A DNA stretch of 38,491 bases from an uncultured Acidobacteriaceae bacterium (GTDB taxonomy: Bacteria > Acidobacteriota > Terriglobia > Terriglobales > Acidobacteriaceae), in contig CAXTRU010000001.1 in the NCBI GenBank assembly GCA_964246665.1, positions 1 through 38,491 of the forward strand. Reading direction: 5' to 3'. A model generated the notes under the pieces. The model ran no database searches and was not told where the DNA came from. It was given only the letters and a program-made list of their open reading frames with translations. Shown here in pieces: positions 9,350-17,350 of the stretch; the first letter of the stretch is position 1; every line of letters starts with the position of its first letter. Position numbers and translations under genes: made by a program.

Positions 9350-10437
9350 CAGCTGGTCGCCTTTTCCCGGAAGGGTGCGTTTCTATTAAGGGCGGCGCTC
9401 CCAAGCTGTCGGAGCGCTGTTCCCAGGTGAGCGCGTAACCATGGCTCGGCTGTCTCGCTAACCCATACGGAAGCCGTGATCAACAAGCCGCAGGTGCACA
9501 CTAATTCAAGTCCGTAGCCCAGCTTCAGGCCACGGTGCAAGCCGCCGATCATAAGACGGCCGATCTGAGAGTGCATTAGGTAGAGAGGGTATGTCGCCAA
9601 CCCAAGCCGACGCACCATAGCAACGCCCCGGCTGGTGAGCAGTGTTTGCAGCCTTTGATTTTGCCGAACGGACACGAACAGGCAAATCATGGCGCTTAGC
9701 CATACCCAAAGCGGTGTTATCGGCCCAGGATGGGCTCTGATCTCTGCAATGCATCCAGCCAAGCAGGCTAGGTTCAGCGTCGCGCTGCGCCCAGTCCACC
9801 CGTATCGCGTAGCGGTAAAAAGTCCAGTTCCCAAGGCAAAGAAGCAGCCGTACTGCAAGAGAAAAGCCGGGTTGGTCCCGATCCGCTGAAGTCCGCAAAG
9901 GCACCACGCTGTGCTGATCATTCCCATGGCCGAGACCGCTCCGAAAACAATCACCTGACAACGGGTGAGAAGACACAGGTAGATAAGGGTATAGAACGCT
10001 ACCTCAATCGGAAGGGTCCAGTAGACGCCGTCGATCCACGGGCCACGCGGCCAAAAGGTAACTGCGTGCACCCATAGCATGGCTACCGTACCAAACGTTT
10101 GCAGTCTTTCAGTAAGGATCAACGCCGCAGTCATGCTGGCACACAGCAGGGCGCTCGGGAGCAGACGCATGAGCCGGCGCCGGGCGAAGGTGCTTGCCGA
10201 CGCCTTCTCAGCTGAGTACATGATGACAAAGCCTGAGAGTACGAAGAAGACTTCAACGCCGACCCATTTCGTAGAGGTCACCGGAGACATAGCCCTGTAC
10301 AAGGGAGGCCATCGCGCGAGCGTGTGAGCATCGTCTTGCCAGTGCAGGTAGGTGAGGTGGAAAAACATGACGCCGGTGGCGGCCGCGATGCGGAGAAGAT
10401 CGAGTCCAAGGATCTGGCGGCTCGGCTGAGGACCCAT
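9349..10437 (-). CDS. Acyltransferase family 3 (OafA/OatA-like membrane O-acyltransferase)
   Basis: GLDLLRIAA..VMFFH, GVEVFFVLSGF, RRRLMRLLP, YWTLPIEVAFY, TYPLYLMH; ATG 10437 with GAGG upstream. Confidence 0.9.
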   Translation of the reverse strand: MGPQPSRQILGLDLLRIAAATGVMFFHLTYLHWQDDAHTLARWPPLYRAMSPVTSTKWVGVEVFFVLSGFVIMYSAEKASASTFARRRLMRLLPSALLCASMTAALILTERLQTFGTVAMLWVHAVTFWPRGPWIDGVYWTLPIEVAFYTLIYLCLLTRCQVIVFGAVSAMGMISTAWCLCGLQRIGTNPAFLLQYGCFFALGTGLFTATRYGWTGRSATLNLACLAGCIAEIRAHPGPITPLWVWLSAMICLFVSVRQNQRLQTLLTSRGVAMVRRLGLATYPLYLMHSQIGRLMIGGLHRGLKLGYGLELVCTCGLLITASVWVSETAEPWLRAHLGTALRQLGSAALNRNAPFREKATS

Positions 10438-10535
10438 AGCCTCAAATCGTATCGCGCTTCGCGAACTCTCCCAGAGCGGACAGGTTTGCCGAAGGGGCAC
10501 CAGGTCCATCTTGGCTACACACAACGTCTGTGGGA

Positions 10536-10565
10536 CCAAAGGCCACCTGCTCGGGTGGCCTTTGG
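10536..10565 (-). terminator. Hairpin just downstream of the tRNA-Cys 3' end (probable tRNA terminator)
   Basis: CCAAAGGCCACC-tgctcg-GGTGGCCTTTGG, perfect 12-bp stem 12 nt after the CCA. Confidence 0.6.
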
Positions 10566-10577
10566 CGTTGCAAAGCT

Positions 10578-10625
10578 TGGAGCACCGGGTCGGGATCGAA
10601 CCGACGAATACTGGTTTTGCAGACC
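10578..10625 (-). pseudogene. 3' half of tRNA-Cys(GCA); prophage attachment junction
   Basis: Minus strand GGT-CTGCAAA-ACCAG-TATTC-GTCGG-TTCGATC-CCGAC-CCGGTGC-T-CCA; no D-arm or 5' acceptor strand upstream; ~130 bp from integrase stop. Confidence 0.88.
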
Positions 10626-10753
10626 TCTAGTGCGCCTCTTTCGACAGGGTTGGCCGGAGTAGGTGAGAGTGAATACGGGCTTAGATAGAAAACACGTCTC
10701 GCTCCAATCTGCCTCTACAGCGCAGGCACTCCCTACAATTTCCCCTACAGTCG

Positions 10754-11911
10754 CTAGGCGCCTTTGGCAACCACGTGCAGTCCGGCAGTGCTGCGGCGGC
10801 GCTCCGCTGCCTCCTGTTTGGCCGCCTCTTTTGCCCTTTGATTTGTCTTGTGCTCGACCACTTTGGCCATCGCTCCGGTCTGGTGATCCTGGGTTGGGTG
10901 AGCGTAGCGCAGGACCATCTGGATTCGCGAGTGGCCCATCATAGCGGCGAGTGTAATCAGGTCCACACCGGCTTCGGCGGCCCGCGTCGCCCAGGTGTGC
11001 CGCAAATCGTACGGACGAAACCGCGCCACCTTGCTTTCCTTCAGGGCACGGGCATGGGCGCTTTGCACGCCGGGCATCGGACGGGAGCCGTCATCTGCAT
11101 TCGGGAAGAGCCAGCCGATCGGGGACTCGCCTTTACGCAGCCTTTCTTCAGCGGCCGCGATGCGTCGCTCCAGGAGCTCACGCACAGGCTCGGTCAGCTC
11201 GATCCGGCGGCGGGCTGCTGGCGTTTTGCCCTTCAGGATGCGCAAGTGGTTCTGCTCGAGATCGACGTTCCCGACCTGAAGAGTAAACACTTCCTCTGGA
11301 CGCATCCCGGTTTCCAGAATCGTCGTCGCGACGTCGCGCAGTGTGGGCGTGCACTTGGCCAGGTAGCGGGTCTCTTCGGTGTAGGTAAGCACTCGCTCCT
11401 GCTGATTGTTTTCCGCGAGCAGCTTGACTCCGGTGACCTTGCTGATTGGGTTGCGGATCTCCGGGTTTTTCTTAATCGCGTGGTTGAACATGGCGCGCAT
11501 GCAGGCCAGTTCGCGATTCACCGTCGCTGGACGTAGGCGCTTGCCTTTGTGCTTTGCCGCAGAGCGACGCTGCTTGTAGTCCTCGACCAAATCGGGGCTG
11601 ATGCGATCGAGCTGCTGTTCGCGGAAGAACAGCAGCAGGGGGATGCTGCTGTAGCGATAGCGGTCATAGGTGGCCGGATGGGTCTTGTGCTCATGCTGCG
11701 ACCAGGATAGGAAGTCGCGCATCGCTTCGCCGAAAGTCGGGATCGGCTTGCGCTCCGTGATGCCAACCTCGCCCTTGATGAGGGCGGTATGGAAGGCGGA
11801 CATCACCTGCGAGGCGATGCGCTGGTTCTTCGATTTGGTCGTCTTCTGGTAGCGGCGCCCCTCAAACTCCAGTTCGAACCAGTAAACCGCGCCGCGCTTG
11901 TATAGCCGCAT
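10754..11911 (-). CDS. int: Tyrosine recombinase / phage integrase
   Basis: ETGMRPEE (R), KGKT (K), YDLRHTWAT, MMGHSRIQMVLRY (H, Y); N-terminal arm-binding-like beta region. Confidence 0.95.
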   Translation of the reverse strand: MRLYKRGAVYWFELEFEGRRYQKTTKSKNQRIASQVMSAFHTALIKGEVGITERKPIPTFGEAMRDFLSWSQHEHKTHPATYDRYRYSSIPLLLFFREQQLDRISPDLVEDYKQRRSAAKHKGKRLRPATVNRELACMRAMFNHAIKKNPEIRNPISKVTGVKLLAENNQQERVLTYTEETRYLAKCTPTLRDVATTILETGMRPEEVFTLQVGNVDLEQNHLRILKGKTPAARRRIELTEPVRELLERRIAAAEERLRKGESPIGWLFPNADDGSRPMPGVQSAHARALKESKVARFRPYDLRHTWATRAAEAGVDLITLAAMMGHSRIQMVLRYAHPTQDHQTGAMAKVVEHKTNQRAKEAAKQEAAERRRSTAGLHVVAKGA

Positions 11912-11953
11912 TTACCCGTTCTCCACCCCGCAAGGCTATCAGCCTCGCCGTGG

Positions 11954-12364
11954 TCAGGCAGCGTTACGTTGGTTTGACCTTTGAATTTTTTCGGTGGAGC
12001 GCGTAAGGAAATCCTGCAGGTCCGCTTCCCGTACGAGGGTGCGCCCGCCCGCCTTGGTCTTTTTCAGCTTGCGCGTACGGAGCCAGCCCTTCACCGCATC
12101 CACGGTCACATGGCAGCGTTCAGCCACCTGCGGAATCGTAAACTCGCCCGCGTGTGCACCAGAGTTTATGGACGCGCTTTCCGCAACCGGGCGGCGGATC
12201 ATGCTCAGAGCCGCCGTCTCGATCTCGACGTCGACAACCATCTGGCGGATCGCCAGGGTGCGGATCTCGGGCTCAAAGACTTGCATGGCGCGCTTGGCTG
12301 CCTCGGCCGCCTGATACACCTGAGTTCTGACGTCGCTTACTTTGTGCTCGGTAACGCTACGCAC
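11954..12364 (-). CDS. Excisionase-like HTH_17 DNA-binding protein
   Basis: FTIPQVAERCHVTVDAVKGWLRTRKLKKTKAGGRTLVREADL; GGAGG before GTG 12364; directly upstream of int. Confidence 0.75.
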   Translation of the reverse strand: MRSVTEHKVSDVRTQVYQAAEAAKRAMQVFEPEIRTLAIRQMVVDVEIETAALSMIRRPVAESASINSGAHAGEFTIPQVAERCHVTVDAVKGWLRTRKLKKTKAGGRTLVREADLQDFLTRSTEKIQRSNQRNAA

Positions 12365-12572
12365 GGTCTGACCTCCGGTTTTGGCCGCGGGGGATGACGT
12401 AGACCATCTCGACAGGCTGGTGCTGGAAGCAGAGCGTGCTGGTGTTGAGCTGCGACAACCGTTTGCCGCAATAGGGCAGGGCGCAGCGGCGGGGTTCGGG
12501 AACGGACTGGGCTGGCTGCCGGACCAGAAGCACCTCATCGCGGCGCCAGCGTGGGTCTTTGCTTTCCAACAT
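12357..12572 (-). CDS. Small hypothetical protein, possible Zn finger
   Basis: RRCALPYCGKRLS...LCFQH (C-x4-C...C-x2-H); stop overlaps the xis-like start. Confidence 0.55.
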   Translation of the reverse strand: MLESKDPRWRRDEVLLVRQPAQSVPEPRRCALPYCGKRLSQLNTSTLCFQHQPVEMVYVIPRGQNRRSDRA

Positions 12573-12679
12573 GGAATCCACCATCCTTCGTGCGCGGGCG
12601 CAAGTTCGATAGACAAACAACGGTTTAGGCGAATAGATTGCGAAGATGATTTTTTGCGCCGTAGAGCCTGAAGTCCGCG

Positions 12680-12952
12680 TCAGGCCACTTCCGGCTCTGG
12701 TTGCATGGCTTCCAGATCCTCTGCTGTCATGTAATCGGCCGGGTAGAGGATCTGCTGCTCCGTAATGGCATGGCCGAAGGCTCGCGCAATTTTTGCTGCG
12801 TGCTCGGCGGTTGCGCCTTCCAGGTGCGCGTGCTCCCGACTACGGACGCTGCGCTCAATCAGCGAAAGCGTCGGTTGGTGGATTCCGGCTTTCAGGGCGA
12901 ACGCACGCTGGTTCATTCCTTGGGTTTCCCGGAATCGGCGAAGTGGGTTCAT
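12680..12952 (-). CDS. Cro-like XRE HTH regulator
   Basis: LRRFRETQGMNQRAFALKAGIHQPTLSLIE; GGAGG RBS; divergent from CI-like gene. Confidence 0.85.
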   Translation of the reverse strand: MNPLRRFRETQGMNQRAFALKAGIHQPTLSLIERSVRSREHAHLEGATAEHAAKIARAFGHAITEQQILYPADYMTAEDLEAMQPEPEVA

Positions 12953-12997
12953 TCGTAACCTCCGATAGGAAATGACGATACACCAAAGTTTCGTTAA

Positions 12998-13014
12998 GAT
13001 AAAGGTTGTTTATC
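12998..13014. promoter_or_regulatory. Candidate repressor operator (17-bp palindrome)
   Basis: GATAAA-ggttg-TTTATC in the cro/cI intergenic region. Confidence 0.55.
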
Positions 13015-13062
13015 GGATACTGTCTTTGCGTGTTCTGCAATAAGGGAATGGGAAAGACAGAT

Positions 13063-13692
13063 ATGTCGAAATTGGGTGAGCAGCTTCGTGAACTTCGAAA
13101 AAAGAAAGGCCTCACTCAGCGCGATCTGCACCGCGCGACTGGAATTCATCAGCCCACGATCTCAGACATCGAGAATGGGACTATGCCCCTGGTATCGCCA
13201 CACCTTGCGCCGATCGCACGTGTTCTCGGTGTTCAAGTCGTCAATCCGCTCGGAGACAACGACGAGCTTGTAGCTCTCCAAGGAACCATCATCCCAGTGT
13301 GGCCACAATCGCAAGCAACGCGCATCTTCAATCTTGATGAGAAGGCACGGGAGCAGGCGTCTGAGCAGCATCACGTCTCTTTCCGTACCCGATCTGCTGA
13401 TTCGTTCTTTACTATCGTCGAGGACGACTCGATGATGCCTGAGATCCGCAAAGGCAATTTGGTAGCCGTGGATCCCAGCTTAGACCCGGAGATCGGTCGA
13501 ATCGTGGTGGCGGCAAGGGGGACTGACCCTCGCGCCGTGATTGGGCGATTCGCACACCGAGGCACGGACGAGAACGGAAACCCACGCTTCGAACTGATCC
13601 CCGAAAATCACCTGTATCCCACTCTGCGTTCGGACACGGACCAGCTCGAAATCCTCGGTGTGGTGTGCGAATCCGTGAACATCTACCCATAG
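13063..13692 (+). CDS. CI-like repressor (XRE HTH plus S24-type C-terminal domain)
   Basis: LRELRKKKGLTQRDLHRATGIHQPTISDIENG; VEDDSMMP, VAVDP, FELIPEN..YP, ILGVV. Confidence 0.9.
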   Translation: MSKLGEQLRELRKKKGLTQRDLHRATGIHQPTISDIENGTMPLVSPHLAPIARVLGVQVVNPLGDNDELVALQGTIIPVWPQSQATRIFNLDEKAREQASEQHHVSFRTRSADSFFTIVEDDSMMPEIRKGNLVAVDPSLDPEIGRIVVAARGTDPRAVIGRFAHRGTDENGNPRFELIPENHLYPTLRSDTDQLEILGVVCESVNIYP

Positions 13693-13716
13693 CGCCGATT
13701 ACCCCGGCGAACGCTC

Positions 13717-13764
13717 GATAGAGATTTACTATTGACACAGAGGCTTTGATAGAGAATAGTTCTC
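13717..13764 (+). promoter_or_regulatory. Sigma70-type early promoter overlapped by two candidate operators
   Basis: TTGACA (13732-13737), 17 nt, AATAGT (13755-13760); GATA-N9-TATT at 13717-13733 and GATA-N9-TCTC at 13748-13764. Confidence 0.55.
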
Positions 13765-13798
13765 TTAGTTTGAGAGCTTATCCCGATACGAGGCTTCT

Positions 13799-14452
13799 GT
13801 GATCTCTTCTCGCGACTTTGCAGCATCACCCATCTGCACCTGGCCATCGTTTCAACTCTGCGCCGGCGCTCACTGCACCACGCATGTGCGGCTTCACCGG
13901 TTTTGTGACGCGTGCCTGACGACGGCGGCGATTGAGGTGGCACAGGCCGCGGAGTTGCGGCTGCGGCGCGAGTTCGCTGAGGCTTGGCGGCCGCAAGCCC
14001 GATCGCTGGACGCGGCGGCGATGGACCGCAAGATCGCCGAGGACGTGCGTGTGGCGCTGGCCGGCTATGCCCAGGGTTTGCCCAACAAGTGGTTTGTGCA
14101 GCACTCGGGGTTGGGCCATCTGAGCTACTGCGAAGCGATCATCCTGCGCGGCAAAACAGACCAGGCCTGCTTCCTGGTCGCGCAGGGCGGCGTAAAGGCT
14201 TTGAGCGAGATGCAGCGGCCGATGCCGGCGCATGCGCTTTCCGATCCGGACGAGGAGGACGAGCTGCCGGTCTCACCCGCGTCGTTCTTCTCCAGGATTC
14301 CCGTGGGCGCCGACACCGGCCTGGTGGAACTGCAAGCCGGCGAAGAGCTGGTGGCCAGCCCCGGGCTTCGATCGCTGGTCTTCGGCGCGGCCGCGGGCGC
14401 GATCACCGTGTTGCTAATGATCGTGTTCGCCATTGGGGTGATGTGTTGGTAA
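13799..14452 (+). CDS. Hypothetical protein, Cys/His-rich N-terminus and C-terminal TM helix
   Basis: CAGAHC..H...FCDAC; hydrophobic C-terminus; first ORF after the promoter, start uncertain. Confidence 0.6.
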   Translation: MISSRDFAASPICTWPSFQLCAGAHCTTHVRLHRFCDACLTTAAIEVAQAAELRLRREFAEAWRPQARSLDAAAMDRKIAEDVRVALAGYAQGLPNKWFVQHSGLGHLSYCEAIILRGKTDQACFLVAQGGVKALSEMQRPMPAHALSDPDEEDELPVSPASFFSRIPVGADTGLVELQAGEELVASPGLRSLVFGAAAGAITVLLMIVFAIGVMCW

Positions 14453-15138
14453 CCCGTCGCTCCCAACCGACGCCTGCCCGGCAGGCAAGCCCCGCACCGA
14501 AGGAGGCCGCGGACAATCGCCAGAGCGCGGTGGGGCCGTCGAAAGACGGCTCTGCTGATCCTCTTTTCCCCTTCATTCCTAGCGCCTACCAAACCATAGG
14601 TCTAGACCTTGAAAACGGGCTGAGGTACTACGTCTCCACCCTTTTCGAACTGCTGCGGTACATGGCAGCGCAAAACCAACGCAACACCAACCTGATTCTT
14701 GAGGAGCTCCGCCGCATGGCAACCAACGATGCTGACCTGACGCAGGCCGTTTCTGACCTGCTGACCGCCTTTGAAGACCAAACCAACGCCATCACCGATG
14801 AGATTGCCGCACTGCAGGCCAAGGGGCTGCAAGGCGCCGACCCGGCTATCACTGCCGCAGTCAGCAAAATCGAAAACGTGGTCGCGCAGATGCAGCAGGC
14901 GACCGCAACGGCCAAAGCGGCGATCGTCCCAACGCCGGCTGCCCCGACTGATGGCGGTGCGGCCACCAGCGCCCCGCCGGCGTCATCGCCGGATCCTGCC
15001 GGCGAAGTCTCCACGTCACCTGCCACATCCACGGCTGCCGCTACGGGCACAACCAACTTATCCGCTGCGGCCGAGGAGATCGGCACGGGAACAACGACCA
15101 ACGACATCCCTGCGCGGAACACCGGCGCAGGCAGCTAG
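14443..15138 (+). CDS. Hypothetical protein, helical core with Ala/Thr/Pro-rich tail
   Basis: GTG 14443 overlaps the upstream ORF end; amphipathic DLTQAVSDLLTAFEDQTNAITDEIAALQ; terminator follows. Confidence 0.6.
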   Translation: MLVTRRSQPTPARQASPAPKEAADNRQSAVGPSKDGSADPLFPFIPSAYQTIGLDLENGLRYYVSTLFELLRYMAAQNQRNTNLILEELRRMATNDADLTQAVSDLLTAFEDQTNAITDEIAALQAKGLQGADPAITAAVSKIENVVAQMQQATATAKAAIVPTPAAPTDGGAATSAPPASSPDPAGEVSTSPATSTAAATGTTNLSAAAEEIGTGTTTNDIPARNTGAGS

Positions 15139-15147
15139 TTCCTTCAC

Positions 15148-15184
15148 ACCGGGTTGCGCACTGGCCGCGTGACCCGGTTTTTTT
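15148..15184 (+). terminator. Rho-independent terminator
   Basis: ACCGGGTTGCG...CGTGACCCGG stem with G-U pairs, followed by T7. Confidence 0.8.
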
Positions 15185-15204
15185 GCATACGGGAGAGTAG
15201 AGCC

Positions 15205-15366
15205 ATGCATGTGCTGGTGATGGTGATGGTGGGGATTGGGGCAACGGCAACGGCGGCGATGGTGCTGGACCTTTCGATGATCTATCTGACGGCCACGGTG
15301 GCGCGGCGCCGCGATCGGCGTGAGCGCTCGCGGCGGGAATGGTGGTGGGGCTATGGCGCACGGTAA
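15205..15366 (+). CDS. Small membrane protein (53 aa)
   Basis: GGAGAG RBS, hydrophobic N-half, Arg-rich tail. Confidence 0.55.
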   Translation: MHVLVMVMVGIGATATAAMVLDLSMIYLTATVARRRDRRERSRREWWWGYGAR

Positions 15367-15910
15367 CTGTGTCGAGTGCGCCGTGGACGGCCGCGAGAAC
15401 CCAACTGAGCTCGTGCTGGATGGACATTTCGTTTTTGCGTGGCACGCCAAAAAGATTCAGGCTTCACTTGATGACCGCGAAGAGCGGCCATTCGACACAA
15501 TTCTGAAGTCGCACCTAAAGTCCGTTGTGAAGGCGAATGCAATACCAACCAGCACGCCAGTCCCAAATCGCCAAACATCGCGGGACGAAGCACAGGTTCG
15601 GCCCGAGCTGGTGAAGCCGGCCGAGGGATCTATCGATGTCATTACGTTTGTTCCCGTCTCGCAGGTACCTGAACTGCGGCATAGCGCCCAGGATCGGCTA
15701 GATCTCATCTTTCGGGCTCTGTGCCAGGCGCCCAGCGGACAGGCAGTCAAGCTTGAGTTGAAGGACAAAGCCGAAGCGCTCCGCCTTCTGAAGGCCTTGC
15801 AAAAGCGCTTGGTGCGCGCCGGCTTCCCGTACCATTCGCGCACGGTGGACGGAACGTTGTGGGTGTGGCAACGGGAAGTGCCCGTTGACGCACGGGCTGG
15901 TGCGGCATGA
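15353..15910 (+). CDS. Hypothetical phage protein
   Basis: Overlaps neighbours on both sides; N-terminal CVEC, C-terminal ...RTVDGTLWVW. Confidence 0.65.
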   Translation: MAHGNCVECAVDGRENPTELVLDGHFVFAWHAKKIQASLDDREERPFDTILKSHLKSVVKANAIPTSTPVPNRQTSRDEAQVRPELVKPAEGSIDVITFVPVSQVPELRHSAQDRLDLIFRALCQAPSGQAVKLELKDKAEALRLLKALQKRLVRAGFPYHSRTVDGTLWVWQREVPVDARAGAA

Positions 15911-16209
15911 CCGACGAGCGCTATGGCTACGGGACCAACTGCACCTGGCACGGCCCACTGACGTTTTCGGTGCCGGCCGTGCGGGTGGACTGGGCCAACG
16001 ATGAGAGCGATGAAGCGGCCGCGTGTCCGAAGTGCGGATCGCCGCTGAAGACGGACCTTTCCGCCGAGGTGTTCCAGGCGCGGTGCGCCGCGGTCGATCG
16101 GCATCGGCCTGGCTATGACGACATGATGCGGTGGTCGCAGGGGAAGTGCTTTCCCGACTTCGACACGATGCAGAACGCCTATCGGCAAGCGATGGAAGGG
16201 ACCACGTAG
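15907..16209 (+). CDS. Hypothetical phage protein, Zn-ribbon-like
   Basis: CTWH...CPKCGSPL; ATGA overlap with upstream gene. Confidence 0.7.
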   Translation: MTDERYGYGTNCTWHGPLTFSVPAVRVDWANDESDEAAACPKCGSPLKTDLSAEVFQARCAAVDRHRPGYDDMMRWSQGKCFPDFDTMQNAYRQAMEGTT

Positions 16210-16212
16210 GGG

Positions 16213-17334
16213 ATGAGTACGGCATGTAGTGCGGGTGTGTGGCGGTGTGGTCCCAAGGACGAGGGGCTGCGGTTTGTGATGGCGGCGCTGGCCGACAGCG
16301 CCGACGACTTCGGCTACTGCTTTCCATCGCAGGACACGATCGCCGACAAGGTGTGCTGCAACAAGCGTAGCGTGATGCGCCGGCTGCAACAGTTGGAGGC
16401 GGAAGGCTGGCTCGTGATCTTCCGTAATGTGGTCAATGGCCGGGGCAACCTGTATCAGATTGTGCTTGAAAAGATTGGTGTCACGGTGTCACCAATGGCC
16501 AAAAGAAGCCCAATGATTACGCGGCTTTTGCAATCGATAGGTGACGCGGTGTCACCTATGCAGAAGGCCAAATCGAGCCCAAAAGCAAGCCCGAATCCAA
16601 CCCAATCCAACCGAATTTCGACCGTATCGGGAGCCGAAATGGCCTCTTCGGGCGACCTCGGACCGGGAACAACGCCGAATGGTGGAGAAGGTGTGGAAAA
16701 CCTGTGCGCATCCCTTTTTTTGCCTTCCGGCATTGGTGACACCTCGGCGTTTTCAGGTGACAATCCACAGGCCTCATTGGTGACAGATTCGGCCGCGTTG
16801 GTGACAGATTCGTCTTCATTGGTGACAAAAACGACGGAAATAGGTGACAAAGCTTGTCACCCTAACCGTAAGGAACCATCAGGAACAGAACCGTTAGGAA
16901 CAGAACCGTCAGGAACAGAACCATCAAGCGGATCGAACCTAACCCCCCTACCCCCCGCTGCGCAGGGGGTGGCCGATCCCAAAACCGAAGCGCGGCGTGT
17001 GGAAAACTTCCGGCGCTTCCAGCTGCTCAAGACCGAGCTCAAGATCGATCTGCTCGGCCAGCCGCGACACCCGAACTTCCGGCCAGTTGTCCCGGGCGCG
17101 GAGGACTTCGACGCCTGCTTTCGCGACTGGTGGCTGGACGAGGTGCGCTACGACGGCGACAACCTGCGCCTGATGACGGTGGCTCGCGATCCCATGCTGG
17201 TCGTGCTCGGCCAGGAAAAGTACCGAAGCCGGCTGGATCGGCTGCTGCGAAGTTTCTTTTCGCCCAACGGACGCTACACGGTGACGTTCAACGTGCAGCC
17301 TGCCCACCACGAAGATATGAACCCGGCCGCGTGA
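16213..17334 (+). CDS. Phage replication initiator (HTH_36-like, lambda O-analogous)
   Basis: ALADSADDFGYCFPSQDTIA...SVMRRLQQLEAEGWL...NLYQI; central low-complexity region contains DNA repeats. Confidence 0.85.
   Translation: MSTACSAGVWRCGPKDEGLRFVMAALADSADDFGYCFPSQDTIADKVCCNKRSVMRRLQQLEAEGWLVIFRNVVNGRGNLYQIVLEKIGVTVSPMAKRSPMITRLLQSIGDAVSPMQKAKSSPKASPNPTQSNRISTVSGAEMASSGDLGPGTTPNGGEGVENLCASLFLPSGIGDTSAFSGDNPQASLVTDSAALVTDSSSLVTKTTEIGDKACHPNRKEPSGTEPLGTEPSGTEPSSGSNLTPLPPAAQGVADPKTEARRVENFRRFQLLKTELKIDLLGQPRHPNFRPVVPGAEDFDACFRDWWLDEVRYDGDNLRLMTVARDPMLVVLGQEKYRSRLDRLLRSFFSPNGRYTVTFNVQPAHHEDMNPAA
16733..16925 (+). repeat. Iteron-like repeats (putative phage ori)
   Basis: GGTGACA at 16735, 16756, 16779, 16800, 16821, 16843 (21-23 bp period), inverted TGTCACC at 16855, then ~3.5 copies of the 15-bp unit GAACCRTYAGGAACA. 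Confidence 0.8.
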
Positions 17335-17350
17335 GGCGGTGGAGGAAAGC

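Noticed and set aside
10578-10655. Full-length functional tRNA-Cys
   Set aside because: No D-arm or 5' acceptor strand, and the outer anticodon stem mispairs
10438-10662. Extended acyltransferase start and the 10324-10662 ORF
   Set aside because: They run into the hairpin and tRNA remnant; ATG 10437 has an RBS and precedes the family's first motif
16733-16925. CRISPR-like array
   Set aside because: Repeats are 7-15 bp with a 15-23 bp period inside a coding region, no cas genes; iterons fit better
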